The translations under genes were made by a program, and so were the position numbers. From an uncultured Muribaculaceae bacterium (lineage in GTDB: Bacteria > Bacillota_I > Bacilli_A > RF39 > UBA660): 64,000 nt of DNA. The notes under the pieces were generated by a model. The model was not told where the DNA came from, did not search any database, and was given only the letters and a program-made list of their open reading frames with translations. Every line of letters starts with the position of its first letter. Position 1 is the stretch's first letter. This document shows, one piece after another, positions 60,134-64,000 of the stretch. The stretch covers positions 2,077 through 66,076 of the forward strand of contig CAYJKH010000001.1 in NCBI GenBank assembly GCA_964371025.1. The letters run 5' to 3'.

Positions 60134-60237
60134 GTGTGTAAAATATATTCTAATTTTAATAATATATATGTTATTTTTATTTTGAATATGTTATAATTAC
60201 TATTGTATAATAAAGTGAATAATAAGAGGATATAAAT

Positions 60238-63200
60238 ATGATGAAAATTGTTAAAACTTATAAAAACTTACCAATAAATAAAAAAATGATTTTAATCGGA
60301 TCATTTATAATTATATGTACATTATTAGTAGTAGCTATTCCCTCGCTTGCTCGCTTTGATAATAGAAATACTTTGTATTCATCATCAGTGTGGGATGGGA
60401 CAACAGCTTCTAAATATAGAAGTGGAACTGGTACCATTAGTGATCCTTATGTTATAGCTAACGGATCGGAGCTTGCTTTCTTTGGGGAAGAGTTGAAAAC
60501 AAAAACTTATCAAGATACATATTTTGTTTTAAATAATGATATAGTTTTAAATGATGGTTTATTTAATTATTCCAAGGAAGAAGGAATTACTTATACATAT
60601 GAAGGAAAAAAATATTTTGTTGATGATAAAACGGGAAAATACTACACTAGTATAAATAAGAGTGGAAGTTATAGTGGTATAGTTAATTTATTTAGTTCTC
60701 TTGACAATTTTAAAGGACACTTAGATGGTAAACATCATAGAATATATGGAACAATGATTAGTAATTTAAAATCTCAAAAAGTAGGATTATTTACTAATTT
60801 AAATGCTGATATAAATGATTTATATGTAGAAAATTCAATAATTAATGGGGGTATTGTTACTGGGGGTATTGCTAGTAATATGAATAATACCAATATTGAT
60901 AATGTTATGTTTGAAGGTAATGTTATTAACAATCAAACTCTTGCTAGTAAAGAAGTAACTACAACGGTAGCTGATAAAGCAATTGAAATTAATGATTATA
61001 ATGTAATAGATACAACAACTTTAACACCTCCTGAAATACCAGAAAATGCTACTTTAGTTAGTGCTAAATTAACAGGTAAATATAAAGTTATTGATAATGA
61101 TGCAGTATTTGTATCATCAGATACTGGAATATTAGAAAACGGAGAATTCACTTTTGATTTGACAAATGATGATTTGTACTCTTTAAACTTAACAATAAGT
61201 TCCCTAGAAACTATAGGAACTGTTGAGTTAACAGATGTTGTTTATACAAAAGTGTATGATGAGAGTGTAGTAGGTGGAATTAGTGGTACTGCTAGTAATA
61301 CTAATTTATTGAATACAATTGTAAAAGGTGGTATATATTCTTCGAATATAGCAGGAGGAATGTTTGGTAACTTTGAAAATCTAATTAATATTGATAGTTC
61401 TTATAATAATGCTTATGTAAGCACTGTTATTGGAGGGGGAATAGTAGGGCTTAATATAAATGATACTTATACCATTGATGTAGTGGATAGTTATAATACT
61501 GGATTAATTAATGGAGGTAAAACTGGAGGAATAGCTGCTAGTTTAACTGGAGTTAATAGTACTGCTAGTTTTGAAAAAGTATTTGATACAAGTGATACTA
61601 ACTTTGCTTTTAATACTGTAGAATTAGAAAATTCATCATTTATAAATGTATTTTATACATCAGGAAGAGCACATGATACATCAGTTGCAACAACAACACC
61701 TGTATTAATTAGCAAAAGTAATTTGATTGATAAAGATTATATGACTACAACATTATTATTTAATGAATTCATATCGTATGATGATGTTAATAATGATGCT
61801 AAAAATAAATGGATATTTGATGGAGAAAATTTACCAGTAATATATATTGATGATGTAATATCTCCAATTGCTTCTATCCATGCAGGATATTATAAATGGA
61901 ATAACTTTGCAAAAAATTTAGACACAATTACAACTAGTAAAGAATTTTCATTTACAATTAAACCAACTGACGAATTAGAAGTTTTAAAAGAAATTAGTTA
62001 TTATGTATCTACTACAGAATTAACAACAGAAGAATTAGAACCATTATTAATTCCTTATGTTGATGTAGTAACATTATCTGAAGAAGGCGAATATATAATA
62101 TATGCTAAAGTAGTAGATAATAATGATCAAGTAACATATATTAATTCTGATATTTTACAAATTGATTTTATGAATAAATCTCATGAAATAAAAGTAGGTA
62201 ATTATTCATATGATGAGTATGTTGAAAGTAATAAATATCAATATTTTGATGATATTATAAATGTTAATATAAGAACAGATGATCAATTATCAAATAACGG
62301 GGATATTAAATACTATATTTCTAATACAATGATGACTTTAGAAGAATTGAAAAATTTAGAAGATTCAAATTTTGCAACATATACTGATACAATTACATTA
62401 GATACAATGGGAACATATGTAGTTTATGCAAGAATTGGAAATGATGCCTCTAATTATATATATATGAATACAGACTACTTAGTATATGATGGATACACAA
62501 CTAATGTAAGTCTTGGAAGAAATAAGAATAGTTATTCAAAAACTTATTCAAAAGTTAGTAATGATTCAATTATAAGAGTAGATTTAGCTTATAATAATGA
62601 AAAAGAAGTAGATAATACTGATATTCATAATTTTGTAAGTAATATTTTGTTACCAGTCGATACTAAAATTACAATGATTGATAACATTACTGGCAAAGTA
62701 TACACGTATGAAGTATCTACTGATGAAGATTTATACGGTTATACAAGTAGTTGTAAAAATATGGGTCCTAGTTGTGAAAATGTAGCAAAATATCCACTAA
62801 CTTTATTTAAAGAAATTGGTACTGCAGTTATGAGTATTCCATATGAAGAACAAACTTATTATACTGATGGAATAGTTAATGAAGATTTTACATTTTTAGT
62901 GGATTTTAAAAATACTAATATTACTGATAATTACGATGAAACTAAATTTTATATGGATTTAACAAATAAAGATGATAAAACTGTTAGACCAGCATTAAAT
63001 ACTAGTTTGAAAACAATAGATATTAAAATGGGTAATAATGAAAGTAGTGTTATTTTAGAAACTCAAAATATAAATCAAGAAATTGTAATTAATAGTGAAA
63101 GTACTACAACAATTCCATTAAGTATTAATACAAATTATAAAGAAGATATATTAAATACAAATTTAGAAGATAAGAAATATGGAATTGCTATTAAAGTAGT

Positions 63201-63897
63201 TGATAGTAATAATAAAATAGTTAGCAAAGAACACTTAAAAGAAATTAAATTTACTTTTAATAATAATTCTTTTGGAATAGCAAATGATAATATAGCAAGA
63301 ATAAATCTTGGGAGTGGATTAAATCAAATAAATGGTAATTTGGTAATTAATACAACGGGAGTAAATACTAATTTAAGTGATGGTAGTTATAAGTTTATAA
63401 TTTCAACTTATACTTCAAGTGATGGATTCTTTTATACTAAAACTAATAATGAAGAAATAACTATTCAAGCACGTGTTAGTAATAATTACTCTAATATAAA
63501 TTACAGTTTTGATTGCTTAACAAATGATTCTATAATTAATAAAACAAGTGAAAATGACAATATATTTAATTATGATATTATTCAAAAAACAGAACTTGCT
63601 AATTCAACATTAAGAGTATCACTTTATAAGAAAGATCAGTTAACTGCATATAATCAGGATTATTCAGTAATTGATTTAAATAAATATATAACCAATGACT
63701 TAGTAAAACATAGCGATAATGTTTATATAGGACTGGATAATTTACTTGAGTATGATGAGACAGATAAATCAATAAATAAGTTTAGCTTAAATTTTGATAA
63801 AAATACACTAGATAAAGGGGGATACAAAGTAGTATTTGATCTTTATAGTGATAATAAAAAGATAGGGACTATTAATAAGTATTTTATAGTTAAATAG
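60238..63897 (+). CDS. very large (1219 aa) membrane-anchored surface protein with GLUG-like beta-helix repeats
   Basis: N-terminal signal anchor (MILIGSFIIICTLLVVAIPSLA). Gly-rich motifs INGGIVTGGIASN, GGISGTASN, GGIYSSNIAGGMFGN, GGGIVGLNIN, GGKTGGIAASLTG, spaced as in GLUG-motif parallel beta-helix proteins. RBS AAGAGGA. Confidence 0.5.
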   Translation: MMKIVKTYKNLPINKKMILIGSFIIICTLLVVAIPSLARFDNRNTLYSSSVWDGTTASKYRSGTGTISDPYVIANGSELAFFGEELKTKTYQDTYFVLNNDIVLNDGLFNYSKEEGITYTYEGKKYFVDDKTGKYYTSINKSGSYSGIVNLFSSLDNFKGHLDGKHHRIYGTMISNLKSQKVGLFTNLNADINDLYVENSIINGGIVTGGIASNMNNTNIDNVMFEGNVINNQTLASKEVTTTVADKAIEINDYNVIDTTTLTPPEIPENATLVSAKLTGKYKVIDNDAVFVSSDTGILENGEFTFDLTNDDLYSLNLTISSLETIGTVELTDVVYTKVYDESVVGGISGTASNTNLLNTIVKGGIYSSNIAGGMFGNFENLINIDSSYNNAYVSTVIGGGIVGLNINDTYTIDVVDSYNTGLINGGKTGGIAASLTGVNSTASFEKVFDTSDTNFAFNTVELENSSFINVFYTSGRAHDTSVATTTPVLISKSNLIDKDYMTTTLLFNEFISYDDVNNDAKNKWIFDGENLPVIYIDDVISPIASIHAGYYKWNNFAKNLDTITTSKEFSFTIKPTDELEVLKEISYYVSTTELTTEELEPLLIPYVDVVTLSEEGEYIIYAKVVDNNDQVTYINSDILQIDFMNKSHEIKVGNYSYDEYVESNKYQYFDDIINVNIRTDDQLSNNGDIKYYISNTMMTLEELKNLEDSNFATYTDTITLDTMGTYVVYARIGNDASNYIYMNTDYLVYDGYTTNVSLGRNKNSYSKTYSKVSNDSIIRVDLAYNNEKEVDNTDIHNFVSNILLPVDTKITMIDNITGKVYTYEVSTDEDLYGYTSSCKNMGPSCENVAKYPLTLFKEIGTAVMSIPYEEQTYYTDGIVNEDFTFLVDFKNTNITDNYDETKFYMDLTNKDDKTVRPALNTSLKTIDIKMGNNESSVILETQNINQEIVINSESTTTIPLSINTNYKEDILNTNLEDKKYGIAIKVVDSNNKIVSKEHLKEIKFTFNNNSFGIANDNIARINLGSGLNQINGNLVINTTGVNTNLSDGSYKFIISTYTSSDGFFYTKTNNEEITIQARVSNNYSNINYSFDCLTNDSIINKTSENDNIFNYDIIQKTELANSTLRVSLYKKDQLTAYNQDYSVIDLNKYITNDLVKHSDNVYIGLDNLLEYDETDKSINKFSLNFDKNTLDKGGYKVVFDLYSDNKKIGTINKYFIVK

Positions 63898-63906
63898 GGA
63901 ATAATA

Positions 63907-64000
63907 TGAAGAAAAGATTAATAATTTTTATGGGTATAGCAACGTTCATCATTTTTGGATTTGGTCTTACATACTCTATGTTTATATCAGATGGTAATTT
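63907..64000 (+). CDS. hypothetical membrane-anchored protein, 5' fragment (runs off window end)
   Basis: MKKRLIIFMGIATFIIFGFGLTYSMFISDGN...; RBS TAGGGA; truncated. Confidence 0.35.

Overview
AT-rich (~27% GC) chromosomal window from a low-GC Gram-positive bacterium. Standard genetic code: TGA is used as a stop (e.g. tsaE at 469-471), so not a Mycoplasma-type code. LtaS, LCP, PrsA, sortases and PASTA proteins indicate a monoderm cell wall. Coding density is high and almost all genes are on the + strand. No rRNA, tRNA, CRISPR, integrase or transposase genes were recognised. Housekeeping backbone: tsaE-tsaB-rimI-tsaD, sufS-sufU, pcrA...ligA, gatCAB, scpA-scpB, ffh, rpoZ, recX, prsA, HIT, ssb-like, pdp, dagK, ltaS, yihY. 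Between these lie accessory surface loci, listed below. (1) A SipW-type signal peptidase (SGSMEP / HRV / KGDNN boxes) fused to a long N-terminal polytopic domain and preceded by two small paralogous exported proteins (2941-6444). (2) A distant second locus behind a consensus sigma-A promoter, encoding three large paralogous exported proteins with SipW-cognate-like (YAWF) signal peptides (53680-58329). Together (1) and (2) look like a TasA/camelysin-like fibre system split over two loci. (3) Two sortase-associated loci (8227-10117; 48245-52458). The first carries one and the second two Cys...TQ/SQxA thioester-domain adhesins, plus a related third paralog lacking the Cys. Their C-terminal sorting signals are non-canonical, (A/V)P(D/N)Tx rather than LPXTG. 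(4) A secreted protein made of about 20 tandem DUF285/BspA-type repeats. (5) A membrane sensor with a degenerate GGDEF domain (RTDGNEF). (6) A cell-wall cluster: LCP-PASTA, a 1168-aa glucosaminidase and a kinase-less PASTA-only membrane protein. (7) A 1219-aa GLUG-like beta-helix surface protein next to an uncharacterised 541-aa cytoplasmic protein. All calls rest on motif recognition by eye. Homology searches and structure prediction are needed to confirm them.
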